From contig JBALDB010000007.1 of the NCBI GenBank assembly GCA_036918135.1, positions 192,001-256,000 of the forward strand: a stretch of 64,000 nt of DNA. Direction: 5' to 3'. Positions 38,566 to 49,066 of this stretch are shown one piece after another. Every line of letters starts with the position of its first letter. Positions within the stretch are counted from its first letter, which is position 1. Made by a program: the position numbers and the translations under genes. The DNA comes from Nostoc sp. GTDB taxonomy: Bacteria > Cyanobacteriota > Cyanobacteriia > Cyanobacteriales > Nostocaceae. A model generated the notes under the pieces. That model did not search any database. It had not been told where the DNA came from and saw nothing but the letters and a program-made list of their open reading frames with translations.

Positions 38566-39885
38566 TTGCCTAAATCAATTGTTCAAAAAATTGTGACGCT
38601 CAAAGCAGTTCACATCGCAACCATTGCATTTTCATCTGTTGCAGTAGCACTCGCTAACTGTCAGTCTGCTTCTGCACAGTTAAATATAGGCCGCTATGGT
38701 ATTCAACGAGGACTTGAGTCTGAGTATCTCCAGTACCAAATCAATAACCAGAATCTAAGTCAGATGCGAGTAATTCCTGCATGTAATGTGGGATTTGGTT
38801 TGACTTGCAATAAAACTGGAACGGTAATCCAGCGATTAGTTGACCTAAATGGTGGAACTAGTTATCAAAATCTACTGATACGAGCAGCTGGTGGGGAAAA
38901 AAACTTCCAGAATTTTGCCAGCTTTTACGGTAACAATCCCAATCTTTCTGCGGTACCTTTCGCCTCATTCTGGAAAAACCAATCCTCCACAATCATGGAT
39001 GGATCTCAATACCTTATGGGACAACCTTTAGGTCGTAACCCAGTAGAAGGACTCGGACTTGTAACCAAGCAGTTTTATTGGGCACCATACTCAGGAGTCA
39101 ATAACTCGCTTAGCCTCCGAAATGGATTACTAAACTTGAAATTGTCATACGGACGACTGCTGTTTGAGGAGGCCTCAAAAATTTCCAACATTAAGCAGCA
39201 GATTGAGTCTCTAGGGATGTCACCAGAAATGACAAAATTTTATTTAGATAAAATCTCTAGAGGCTTGGATGCGTTAAATTCTGGTAATGGGAACCAACTC
39301 CAAAACAGGATTTTTGAAGTACTATCATTTCCATACTCCGAAGACGGTGGGGAATTTGGACGCCCTAATAACGCGATTCCCGAAGAATTCAATCAGCTTT
39401 TAGGAGAAGATATCCCAGGAAATATTTTGCTGGGTGATAATCCAGTACCATTGGACGCAGAAGCAGTAAGCCTCGATACTTCCCCTGCTTCTGTAGGAGA
39501 TGTCATCGTACAAGACAATCCTAATTCCTTTCCACTCTGGCCAATAGTTGGAGTTGCGGGTCTTGGTTTAATTCTGCTTCTACTACTAGGTGGCGATAAT
39601 TCTTCAGGTCAGCCATCTATTTCTTCTACAAGTCCACCTTTGTCTCCCACCACCACAAGTCCACCTTTGTCTCTCACCAACAAAGGAGAATGCGACCTGA
39701 CTCCCAATAGTAACGGCTCCGATAGCACACAAATTATTGAAATTCCGTGTACTATCAATCCTCAAACCCCTACCGAAGTGAAGAAGGTAGTAGAGCCATC
39801 CACGATCAAAGCTTTTGTATTGCTAATCGTTTTATTATGGATAGTCGGTTATAAACAGCGAGCTTTAAAAATTCGTAATTCGTAA
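38566..39885 (+). CDS. secreted protein with a PEP-CTERM-like C-terminus
   Basis: Signal peptide (..SASAQ); internal TM helix; terminal VVEPSTIKAFVLLIVLLWIVGYKQR; GGAGG RBS before TTG. Confidence 0.7.
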   Translation: MPKSIVQKIVTLKAVHIATIAFSSVAVALANCQSASAQLNIGRYGIQRGLESEYLQYQINNQNLSQMRVIPACNVGFGLTCNKTGTVIQRLVDLNGGTSYQNLLIRAAGGEKNFQNFASFYGNNPNLSAVPFASFWKNQSSTIMDGSQYLMGQPLGRNPVEGLGLVTKQFYWAPYSGVNNSLSLRNGLLNLKLSYGRLLFEEASKISNIKQQIESLGMSPEMTKFYLDKISRGLDALNSGNGNQLQNRIFEVLSFPYSEDGGEFGRPNNAIPEEFNQLLGEDIPGNILLGDNPVPLDAEAVSLDTSPASVGDVIVQDNPNSFPLWPIVGVAGLGLILLLLLGGDNSSGQPSISSTSPPLSPTTTSPPLSLTNKGECDLTPNSNGSDSTQIIEIPCTINPQTPTEVKKVVEPSTIKAFVLLIVLLWIVGYKQRALKIRNS

Positions 39886-39958
39886 TTCTTACAGCAATTT
39901 TCTTTTATTTGAACTATATCTGTAGGGGCATGAATAATAGCGATCGCATTTCACTAAC

Positions 39959-39987
39959 AGACTCAGTACAGCGTTCCTACTGAGTCT
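39959..39987. terminator. hairpin between convergent genes
   Basis: AGACTCAGTA...TACTGAGTCT. Confidence 0.6.
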
Positions 39988-40011
39988 TTATCGCGATCGC
40001 TAGAAATATTT

Positions 40012-40800
40012 TTATTGTTGCGATGAAGGTTGCGCTCGCCTATTAACCTGCGGCCAATTCACTACATTCCACCAATTATTTAAATACTCAGGACGACGAT
40101 TGCGATATTTCAAGTAATAAGCATGTTCCCAGACATCATTGCCCAAAATCGGATATAAACCGTCCATAATCGGGTTATCCTGATTGGCTGTAGTTACAAT
40201 CTGAAGTTGATTTTGAGGGTTACGTACTAGCCAAACCCAGCCACTACCAAAGCGAGCTGCACCAGCTGCATTAAACTGTTTTTTAAAGGCATCAAAACTG
40301 CCAAAAGTTTGATTAATTTGTTGAGCGATCGCTCCCGATGGTTGTCCACCACCTTGGGGACTCATCAGTTGCCAAAAAATTGTATGATTGAGGTGACCAC
40401 CAGCGTTATTACGTACTTTTGTGCGAATATCTTCAGGTACGCTGTTTAAATCCAGCAGTAAACTTTCAACACTTCTTTTTTGCAAATTTGGATACTGCTT
40501 CAATGCATCATTTAAGTTGTTGACGTAGCTAGCATGGTGCGCGTCATGATGCAATTTCATTGTTTCAGTATCAATTGCTTTTGCTAGTGCCCCATAACCA
40601 TAAGGTAATGGTGGTAGTTGTGCGGGAGAAGCACTTAGCGCCCGATTTGGATAAGCTACAGAAAGAAGCGACCTATTAGTTGCTGATGTTGTTGAAGATT
40701 GTGCCTCAGCTATAGGTACTGGATTGTGAGAGATTAGCACCATTGTCAACACAATTGTTGTGAGAACAAAAATTATTGTTTCTCGCCAAAATTTTATCAT
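40012..40800 (-). CDS. sodA: Mn superoxide dismutase with an N-terminal membrane/signal extension
   Basis: [34 protein letters not shown]. Confidence 0.93.
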   Translation of the reverse strand: MIKFWRETIIFVLTTIVLTMVLISHNPVPIAEAQSSTTSATNRSLLSVAYPNRALSASPAQLPPLPYGYGALAKAIDTETMKLHHDAHHASYVNNLNDALKQYPNLQKRSVESLLLDLNSVPEDIRTKVRNNAGGHLNHTIFWQLMSPQGGGQPSGAIAQQINQTFGSFDAFKKQFNAAGAARFGSGWVWLVRNPQNQLQIVTTANQDNPIMDGLYPILGNDVWEHAYYLKYRNRRPEYLNNWWNVVNWPQVNRRAQPSSQQ

Positions 40801-42091
40801 AAATTATTGCCTCAAAATGAATATTAGTAATTTGTAATCTAATGATTGAGTATTGTCTGACACCTCAATCAATCTAGATATTATGTCTTATACCATATCT
40901 GTCTAATTACTGGACAAAAAAATTTTCGTTTACCAATAAAGGTCGCATTGGTTAGAATCCAAAATATTGATAAAAATCAGCGTTCAATGACCTTTTTCTC
41001 TTATAAAAATTTAAGTTTATATATTAAAATTTTCTAAAATTATTTATTAACAATAAATTATAATTAAAATAATTTTATTGCTTCGTCTCAACTCTATTTA
41101 TATATAGGTAAAAAGCCAATTAAATTATTCACAATTAATAACTTAATTCTTAATTACAATTTATTCATAAGTTCTAGATTAAAATGTTACCTATCTTTTC
41201 AGGTAATTCACCCTCCAATACTCAATCAAATATAATTAATAATTGCTAAAGCAATTGAGCCACTTAAGGGACTCTAAAACCCCACCTTAAGCAAAAACTT
41301 TCTTGCAAATAAGCTGCTAATGTAAAATGATTGCATTCAAAATAAAAAAGAATAAGCTAAGGTTAAGGTAAACAAACTTAATGTTGGCGGAAAAATAGCA
41401 TTTAATTCTGAAAACAACGGCAGCGATCGCCGCTTTTTTAAAGCATCAATTACTATACTAAAAGTAATCTAAAAATAATCGAAAAACTGATATTGGTAAT
41501 TAACCAACTCAGGAGAATCTCAAGTATGATTATTTTTAAAATTATTTTTATGAATTCATCAACCCACTCTATCCTAAATTTGAGTAATAAATATTACTTT
41601 TAATTTACGTACTTCCAATGTAGAGCAAATTTATGAATTTTATCCATAATTATAACATAATAATACTAATTAATTAGGTTAATTTATAACTTCTTCCCTG
41701 AGATATATAACTAGAAATAATAAGCAAAACTCTTGACAGATATAGCTAAATTTTTATTTTGCTAAACATATAATTAAAACCTAGTAAATATAAAATTTTA
41801 ACTTTCACCTAATGTACTCAAAACTCTTTATTAATTTTCAGTTAATTAAAATACAAGTGAATAAGCCTAATCCATCAATACACTTGCTTACCTACTTTTT
41901 TGATATATAAGTAATTTAATAGGGATAATATGGAGGATGTTTGAAATAAGAATTTAGAAATAACTCTGAGCGTTAGCTACCCTGGGGTAATGCCTAAATG
42001 CGAATAGGGGCAGGTGCGGACTCGTGTAGGTATTGAAGTTTCAAAGAGTTAGAATTTTCCAAAATGAAAGCACTAAACGCCATAGTAAAAG

Positions 42092-42490
42092 ATGAAGAAT
42101 ATGTATGATAATCAAATTCTGCAAACAACTGTAGCAGCTAATAAAAATTTACATCAAGTAATTCCTAGTGAAATAAAAAAACAGCAAACGCCAACAAAAG
42201 AGTTGACTATCCCAGATTTAGCTATATCTTTATCACCCCTTGGATTTATTGTCGGCTGGGTAGTTTTTCTGACGATGCTACAAAAAATCCAGTCACTCTT
42301 AAATTCTAAAGTAGCATTTCCCATCACTATTTCACACAAAGTTCCTTGTAAAAATTGTCGATTTTATTCAAATAATAATTATCTAAAATGTGCAGTCAAC
42401 CCTTCTATTGTTCTCACTGAAGAAGCGATGAACTGTTCTGAATATTCCCCAAATAAAAGAAAATTTTCGCCAAAAAAACTCTTGAAGTAG
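42092..42490 (+). CDS. small membrane protein with a Cys-rich C-terminal domain (DUF6464-like)
   Basis: One TM helix; PCKNCRFY..YLKCAVNP..NCSEY. Confidence 0.75.
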   Translation: MKNMYDNQILQTTVAANKNLHQVIPSEIKKQQTPTKELTIPDLAISLSPLGFIVGWVVFLTMLQKIQSLLNSKVAFPITISHKVPCKNCRFYSNNNYLKCAVNPSIVLTEEAMNCSEYSPNKRKFSPKKLLK

Positions 42491-42546
42491 AAGAATATTT
42501 ACAGTGAAATGATGTTAGTTTTCTTCTATGAGTTTTTAAATACTAA

Positions 42547-42584
42547 TAGACCTGGTTTGGAATTAGATTTTCCAAGCAGGTCTA
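42547..42584. terminator. hairpin between convergent genes
   Basis: TAGACCTGGTTTGGAA...TTCCAAGCAGGTCTA. Confidence 0.55.
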
Positions 42585-42653
42585 ATGTGTTTCTTTGATG
42601 TGTTGCGGGAGCAAAAAACGCGCCCTTTGTTTGGGCGCTTATACTGATAATGC

Positions 42654-44387
42654 TTAGAAGTTGTAGCCGACTCCTAATTGCAATCCAACATCAGTCTCAT
42701 CTAAAAAAGCAGCATTTACACCACCTGTAAATGTGAATCGAGAACCTAGAGGAACGTCTATACCACCAGTCAGTAATAATCCAATATCAGTATCATCATT
42801 AGCTTCAATAGCTACGCCTGCGCCTACATAAGGAGATATACTGAAGGTTCGTTGACCTACCGAACCTGCTGCGCGTGGAGTGAAATCTAAGGTCAAAGGA
42901 ACCAGAAATACTGTATCGTCCCCAAACAATACTGATGGTCGTACTGATAAGTAGTTTGTCAGACCAAGTTTGCCGAAGACTGCAAAGTTACCTTCACCTA
43001 CAGCATCGCCGCCGGTTAAACCAATGTTACCGCCAACTCCGATATAGCTTCTGCCACCACGAGTAGCTCTACCTACAGATGTTCCACCATTATTTCCTCC
43101 TCCTTGCGACGGCTGATTTAACTGACTGATGTTAATATCAGGCGGGATGAGGACTTGGTTAATTGCATATATAACACCGTTACTGGCTGGGACATCCGCC
43201 TGGATGACTCTAGCATTATTGACTGCAACTTGATTGTTAGTGCGATCGATTTGAATATTTACAGGTCTGTCTTCAATGGTTCTGAGTTCGCCGTTTGTGA
43301 GTTGACTAGAAGTTACCGCACCAGGAACTACATGATAACTCAAAATCTTAACCAATGCTTCTCTGTTCTGTGGTTGCTGTAATTGTTCTAGAGTAGCAGC
43401 AGGTAGAGCAGCAAATGCTTGATCGGTGGGGGCAAAAACTGTATAAGGGCCGGGTTGTTGAAGAGTGTCTGCTAAACCGGCTGTTTTCAATAAAGAAGTC
43501 AGAGTTGTAAAAGAACTACTGGATGCAGCCAGAGAAACAATGTCTTTACCTGTTTGAGTACCACCAGCTCCGCCGACAATATACTGAGTGGCTGGCAGAT
43601 TGCTAGCAATGGGTTGTATTCGTCCCTGTCTGACTAAAGCTTGATATAAAAGTGCAGCTGCTTCAGCACGAGTTAGGGCTTGCTGGGGATTGAGTTGTTT
43701 AATATCTGGGTAATTGACAACAAGATTAGCTTGTGTTGCTGCTGCTACGCTATTAACGGCATAATTCGGGATAGCTGAGGCGTCAGTGTAGTAGTTACTA
43801 AGAGTACTTGTATCGCTAGCAGATAAACCTAAGCCATTGCTGATTGCAACAAGCGCTTCTACCTTGGGTATTTGTTGATTTGGTCTAAATACATTTCCAG
43901 GATAACCTGATAAAAACCCTATTTCGTAGGCATTCTGAATTGCTGAAGCTGCCCAGTAGCCAGCAGGAACATCACTAAATCCACCCGCACTTAATTGGCG
44001 AACTCGGTTTTGGTTACCGAAAGCTTTTTGAATTAAGGCAGCAAATTCAGCACGAGTTACAGATTGATTCGGTCTAAAGCTACCATCAGGAAAGCCACTA
44101 ATTACATTATTGTTAGCTAAAGCTTGAATAAATGGACTTGCCCAATAATCTGAAGTAACATCTGACAAGTTAACAGTTGAAGTTGGTGATGGCGTATCTG
44201 ATGGAGCTGGTGTAGTAGATGGAGTTGGTGTATCAGATGGAGTTGGTGTAGTAGATGGAGTGGTACTTGGAACAGTATCTTGAGATAAAGCTGGTGTAGA
44301 AATTACAATAGGACTTACTGTAGCAGTTGTCATTCCCAGAACTAGTAAAGCAACCCTTAGTGATGACCCACGAAACACACTAGACAT
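42654..44387 (-). CDS. S-layer homology (3x) + fasciclin + C-terminal outer-membrane beta-barrel-like protein
   Basis: GFPDGSFRPNQSVTRAEFA; YTVFAPTDQAF, ASNGVIYAINQVL; terminal GVGYNF. Confidence 0.9.
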   Translation of the reverse strand: MSSVFRGSSLRVALLVLGMTTATVSPIVISTPALSQDTVPSTTPSTTPTPSDTPTPSTTPAPSDTPSPTSTVNLSDVTSDYWASPFIQALANNNVISGFPDGSFRPNQSVTRAEFAALIQKAFGNQNRVRQLSAGGFSDVPAGYWAASAIQNAYEIGFLSGYPGNVFRPNQQIPKVEALVAISNGLGLSASDTSTLSNYYTDASAIPNYAVNSVAAATQANLVVNYPDIKQLNPQQALTRAEAAALLYQALVRQGRIQPIASNLPATQYIVGGAGGTQTGKDIVSLAASSSSFTTLTSLLKTAGLADTLQQPGPYTVFAPTDQAFAALPAATLEQLQQPQNREALVKILSYHVVPGAVTSSQLTNGELRTIEDRPVNIQIDRTNNQVAVNNARVIQADVPASNGVIYAINQVLIPPDINISQLNQPSQGGGNNGGTSVGRATRGGRSYIGVGGNIGLTGGDAVGEGNFAVFGKLGLTNYLSVRPSVLFGDDTVFLVPLTLDFTPRAAGSVGQRTFSISPYVGAGVAIEANDDTDIGLLLTGGIDVPLGSRFTFTGGVNAAFLDETDVGLQLGVGYNF

Positions 44388-45183
44388 TACAATATCCTCC
44401 AGGAAAAAAAGTGACTGTAGAAGGCAGAATTCAAAAGCCAAAAGACAAAATAAACATCAATTGAATATTACTTTCATCTTTTTACTTTTTGCTTTTTATG
44501 GGATTTTTCAGAACCGCAGATAACACTAAGGATAAAAAGAGATACTGTGGTCATCTGATAGATTGCAATCATAAAGGCATCTGTAAAAATTCAGCGATTT
44601 CATCAAGCAGAGAATCGCATTTAAGTAATATAATTAGCTTTTAATATCCCTAACTTGATAATCGCTGAAAAAGGTTAATTCAGTCAAGCTTAATGCATCA
44701 TTAGATTTATTAATATTTAAGAAAAATACCTCTTAACGATACAGGTAATATTTTTCAGCTATTACCTAAATTACGCAACTAACTAATGGCTGTAATTTGG
44801 GGTAAAATTTTCACTCTTTAGATAGTTGTCGCTCATGCTAAATTTAACAATTTTAGAGTGAAAATCAGCGATCGCAATTAAAATTTTCGACCCTGATTAA
44901 TCTCAGATTTTTCACTAGCGATTAAAGACAAACTAGGTCTTAAAGCCAACTATAGTAATCAGCTTTGATTTTAGAATTTATTTGGGTGGTGCGCTTGGCT
45001 CAGCATAAGCGCAATAGGCAGGGAGTCACACTGCTCCCAACAGGGGCTTGCCACACAGTTGATACAACAAGGGCAACTAGGGTGGACTAACTTTCCATGA
45101 GTAATGCAAACAAGCGTTTTGAAACCATAATAAATACAAATAGGCTGCGATTCTGACTTGTGATTTGTGCTATACCTTATTGA

Positions 45184-45990
45184 CTAATCGTGCTTAGAGG
45201 AGTCAGGCATAATTGCTTCTTGAAAATTGACACCGCTCAAGTTAGCTCCTCTCAAATCGGCTCCTCTGAGGTTTGCTTTTCTCAGATTTGCCCCTGCCAA
45301 ATTCGCTCGTCTGAGGTTAGTCCAACTTAAATCTGCTTGGCTCAAGTCAGCCTCATTCAAATTAGCAGACAATAAATATGCACCACTCAGGTGAGCCTTG
45401 GTCAAATTAGCTTTATATAAGTCAGTTTTATAAAGATAAGCCCCCAACATTTCCGCCCCGTATAAGCTGGCCTCGCCCAAATCAGCCGCAATCAAGTTAG
45501 CTTCAATGAGGTTGGCAAAACAGAGGTTAGCCCGAATCAGTTTCGCTGCATCTAAATCCGCATCTCTTAAGTTAGCGCCTTTTAAATCAGTGCCAATGAA
45601 ATTAGCATGAGCGATCGTAGCACCTGTGAGATTCGCCTCGCTCAAGTCAGCACCAATCAAATTAGCATCACTCAGATCTGCCTGTGAAAGTATAGCACCG
45701 CTCAAGTTAGCAACACTCAAATTAGCAGCAGTGAGATTAGCTTCAATCAGCAAGGCTTTGTAGAGGTTTGCGCCACTGAGTTCAGCATTGCTGAGGTTTG
45801 CTCGCACAAGTAAACCATTAGCTAAATCTACCTTGCTCAAGTTTACCCCTTGGAGGTTTGCACCTCTAAGGTTATCTCCTTGAAGGTTCGCGGTGCTGAG
45901 GTCAGGTTGAATCTGGGGATTTTTCTTTCTCCACTCAGTCCATGTAACCGCACCTGCTTTGAGTAAAACCAGATGCTCTTGATTTGCCAT
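45184..45990 (-). CDS. pentapeptide repeat protein
   Basis: MANQEHL..W..WR start; A(N/D)Lxx repeats throughout. Confidence 0.95.
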   Translation of the reverse strand: MANQEHLVLLKAGAVTWTEWRKKNPQIQPDLSTANLQGDNLRGANLQGVNLSKVDLANGLLVRANLSNAELSGANLYKALLIEANLTAANLSVANLSGAILSQADLSDANLIGADLSEANLTGATIAHANFIGTDLKGANLRDADLDAAKLIRANLCFANLIEANLIAADLGEASLYGAEMLGAYLYKTDLYKANLTKAHLSGAYLLSANLNEADLSQADLSWTNLRRANLAGANLRKANLRGADLRGANLSGVNFQEAIMPDSSKHD

Positions 45991-46032
45991 TTTCTCTCCT
46001 TTATCAACTGAGTGCTTTACTTAGTGCTGAGT

Positions 46033-46268
46033 GAGATGGGGAAGTGTGGGGAGTGTGGGGAGTGTGGGGACAGAGGGGAGAGGGGGGATAAGGAAGTGTG
46101 GGAAGTGTGGGGGGAAAAGGGGGAGAAGGAAGTGTGGGGAGTGTGGGGGGACAAGGGGGAAAGATTTTTTCTCACACCTCCCAATCCTCCCAATCCTCCC
46201 AATCCTCCCCATCCTCCCCATCCTCCCCATCCTCCCCATCTTCCCCATTCCCCATCCTCCCACACCTC
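46033..46268. repeat. G-rich 9-mer array followed by a C-rich 9-mer array
   Basis: (GGGGAGTGT)n, then (TCCCAATCC/TCCCCATCC)n. Confidence 0.85.
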
Positions 46269-46282
46269 GCATTCACCACTCT

Positions 46283-46921
46283 TCATTCCTGACGTCCACT
46301 TTCACGATTTCGACCAGGTATACTTTCAATGGCGGCTAAGGCTCCGGCTGCACCTGCTAAAATATCTCGTTCTTCTCCACCTAAGTAAAGTCGTCCAAAA
46401 CTGCCTACAGCTTGCACCTCAAGAATATTAATCGCCGCCGCTTTCTCTGCTTCATTCGCAGCTAAGGCGGCGTAAGCGGCTGGCTCAACCTCTAATACAT
46501 ATAAGGTTTGCCCTGCTAATAGAAGCTGTCCCCGGCGCGTGCGATTGATAAGTTGTGTTTGGTAAGCATCAATGTTGCGGATAATTTGACTAGAAACAAC
46601 ACGCGGTTTGAGACATTCATCTCTTCGGACTCCCAGTGTTGCCAAAATGGCTTGACCGGCAGCTCGCGTTTCGCCTTGGGAGCCAGAATGAACTTCTAAT
46701 AGACCATACAGGCGTTCTACTACTTGTACTCCCGGACGCACAGAAGCAGCTTTTAGGGCTACATCCGTAATTTTATTAATTTCGATGCCGGGTGAGATTT
46801 CAATCCACAGCGATGTATCTCCTGGTAATGGTAAGAAACCTTGGGCTACTGTTCCCATATATGCTGCATGTTGAGGTTGCAGGCTGTCGAGAAACACAAA
46901 ACTGCGTAGTTCTATTCCCAA
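46283..46921 (-). CDS. ccmP: carboxysome tandem-BMC shell protein CcmP
   Basis: [54 protein letters not shown]. Confidence 0.9.
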   Translation of the reverse strand: MGIELRSFVFLDSLQPQHAAYMGTVAQGFLPLPGDTSLWIEISPGIEINKITDVALKAASVRPGVQVVERLYGLLEVHSGSQGETRAAGQAILATLGVRRDECLKPRVVSSQIIRNIDAYQTQLINRTRRGQLLLAGQTLYVLEVEPAAYAALAANEAEKAAAINILEVQAVGSFGRLYLGGEERDILAGAAGALAAIESIPGRNRESGRQE

Positions 46922-47130
46922 GATTTTGCTCTCCAATCATGAGGTAAAAGTTATCTATTGCACGATATCAGCGCCTAACTTGTGGTATTTTAGCCACAAA
47001 TGAAGGATAGAAAAACACAAAATAGAAAAATTTTGCTGTCGATAAATCTTACACCCAAGAAGTACCTGATAATAAAAACCGCCTTGATAATTGTACAAGT
47101 TTTATCAGACAAAATAAGTAGAAATAGCAA

Positions 47131-47157
47131 GAGGAAAGTTCAATGAACTTTCCCCTC
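47131..47157 (-). terminator. hairpin downstream of argD
   Basis: GAGGAAAGTTC AAT GAACTTTCCCCTC. Confidence 0.5.
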
Positions 47158-47253
47158 TACCTTGAAGATGTTGGCACTCAAACTGACATTTAGAAACACA
47201 TCAACTACTGTTGTGTTGTATCCAAGTAAGAACTACTAGATTTTGCAGATTGC

Positions 47254-48537
47254 CTACTTCGTGGCGATCGCTATTGCTTTCTCCACAGCTTCCAAGGCAG
47301 TGTTTACTTCGGCTTCTGTGACAATCAACGGTGGTACAAATCGGATGACTTTTGGCCCGGCTGGTACAAGCAATAAACCCTCGTTGATGGCAGCATTAAC
47401 CACATCGGCTGCGGTTAGTGCAACGTCAGCTCGCAATTCTAAACCATTGATTAGACCCCAACCCCGAACTTCGATAATATGATGAGGATATTTAGCGGCG
47501 ATCGCTTTTAATCCAGTTCGTAACTGTTCGCCTCTATCTTGGACATTCTGCAAGATATTTTCTCGGTCTAATGTCTGGCAAACACTCAGTGCTACACCAC
47601 ACACAAAAGGATTTCCACCAAAAGTACTAGCGTGTTCTCCTGGTTGAAAAACATCGCAGAATTTTTTACTGATCATCGCACCGATGGGGATACCGCCACC
47701 CAAGCCTTTAGCACTGGTGAAGATATCCGGTTCGACACCCAAATGTTCGTAACCCCATAGCTTACCACTGCGACCCATGCCAACTTGCACTTCATCAAAA
47801 ATCAGTAAAATTCCGGTTTCGTCGCAAATCTGCCGTAGCTTTTTGAAATAAGCAATGTCTCCCGGACGCACACCGCCTTCTCCTTGCAATGGCTCAATCA
47901 AAATCGCCCCTACACGATAATCGCCTTCATCCAACTCGCTAATCGCCAGTTCTAGAGAGTTAATATCGTTGTAATTTACGTAATGAAATCCAGGCATCAA
48001 GGGATCGAAGTACTTTTGATACTTTGGCTGTCCAGTGGCGGTAATGGTTGCTAAAGTCCGTCCGTGGAAACTGGCATTGGCGGTTAAGATAATCGGTTTT
48101 TCAATGTCTAATACCGTGTGGGCGTATTTTCGGGCTAGTTTAATTGCCGCTTCGTTAGCTTCAGCTCCAGAGTTGCAGAAAAAAACGCGATCGGCACAGG
48201 AATGTTCTACAATCCATTTTGCCAATTCACCTTGTTCGGGAATATAGTACAAATTAGAGACGTGATGCAGCTTTTGGATTTGCTGCGTCACCGCTTCTAC
48301 CATCGCTGGGTGGGCATGTCCTAAAGTACAAGTGGCAATTCCCGCCACAAAATCCAGATATTCCCGGCCCTGTGTATCCCAAACCCGACACCCAGCACCT
48401 CGTTCTAGGGCTAAGGGAAACCGTCCATAGGTAGACATGACAGCTGCATCGAAGCTATCTGCATCAAACTGACTAGATGTTAAAGACCCTGAATCTGGGG
48501 GGATGGTGGTTTGTTCAACTAGAGTTTGTAAGCTCAC
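47254..48537 (-). CDS. argD: acetylornithine aminotransferase
   Basis: FCNSGAEANEAAIKLARK, SFHGRT, EPLQGEGG, FDEVQVGMGRSG, SAKGLGGG, HASTFGGNP. Confidence 0.95.
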   Translation of the reverse strand: MSLQTLVEQTTIPPDSGSLTSSQFDADSFDAAVMSTYGRFPLALERGAGCRVWDTQGREYLDFVAGIATCTLGHAHPAMVEAVTQQIQKLHHVSNLYYIPEQGELAKWIVEHSCADRVFFCNSGAEANEAAIKLARKYAHTVLDIEKPIILTANASFHGRTLATITATGQPKYQKYFDPLMPGFHYVNYNDINSLELAISELDEGDYRVGAILIEPLQGEGGVRPGDIAYFKKLRQICDETGILLIFDEVQVGMGRSGKLWGYEHLGVEPDIFTSAKGLGGGIPIGAMISKKFCDVFQPGEHASTFGGNPFVCGVALSVCQTLDRENILQNVQDRGEQLRTGLKAIAAKYPHHIIEVRGWGLINGLELRADVALTAADVVNAAINEGLLLVPAGPKVIRFVPPLIVTEAEVNTALEAVEKAIAIATK

Positions 48538-49066
48538 TACCGCTCCTCCTGGAAGTTTTTCATTATATAGTTATTTACTAGTTTCCTAGAAATCCCAAAA
48601 AATTACTTTTTATTTTCCTAAAGCCCGATCGCTTCGTGATTCCCCCATGCTTTTTGATGACTGTTGACGGTTGACAGTTAACCGTTAGCGGTCAACACCA
48701 TGAGTGACTTTACAATTTATAAAGTGTAACAGCTTTAACGGGTGCGTAGCATTTTACGCCAGCTTTGAGTGTGTATCGGCTTTTTGGTCGATAATTTAGC
48801 TAGTATGCTGATACTAACGCACTAGCTGTCATCAAAGAAGAGAGTGCGATCGCTACAATTCTGCTATTTGAAAAAACTATGGACAAAAAGGATGTACCTG
48901 AAACTAAATTTATCTACGGGGTTTTCCCTTTGTTTCTTTGTCCTCTTTGCTCATTAAACTAAATACTATAAAGTTAGTACAAAACTCAAAAATATAGGCC
49001 CAAAGTACTATTTATACGCCATTCTCAACTCTTGAGCAAAAATATCAACGTATCCAAAAGGAACTA

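Noticed and set aside
46012..46431. Five overlapping low-complexity ORFs
   Set aside because: Artifacts of the 9-mer arrays
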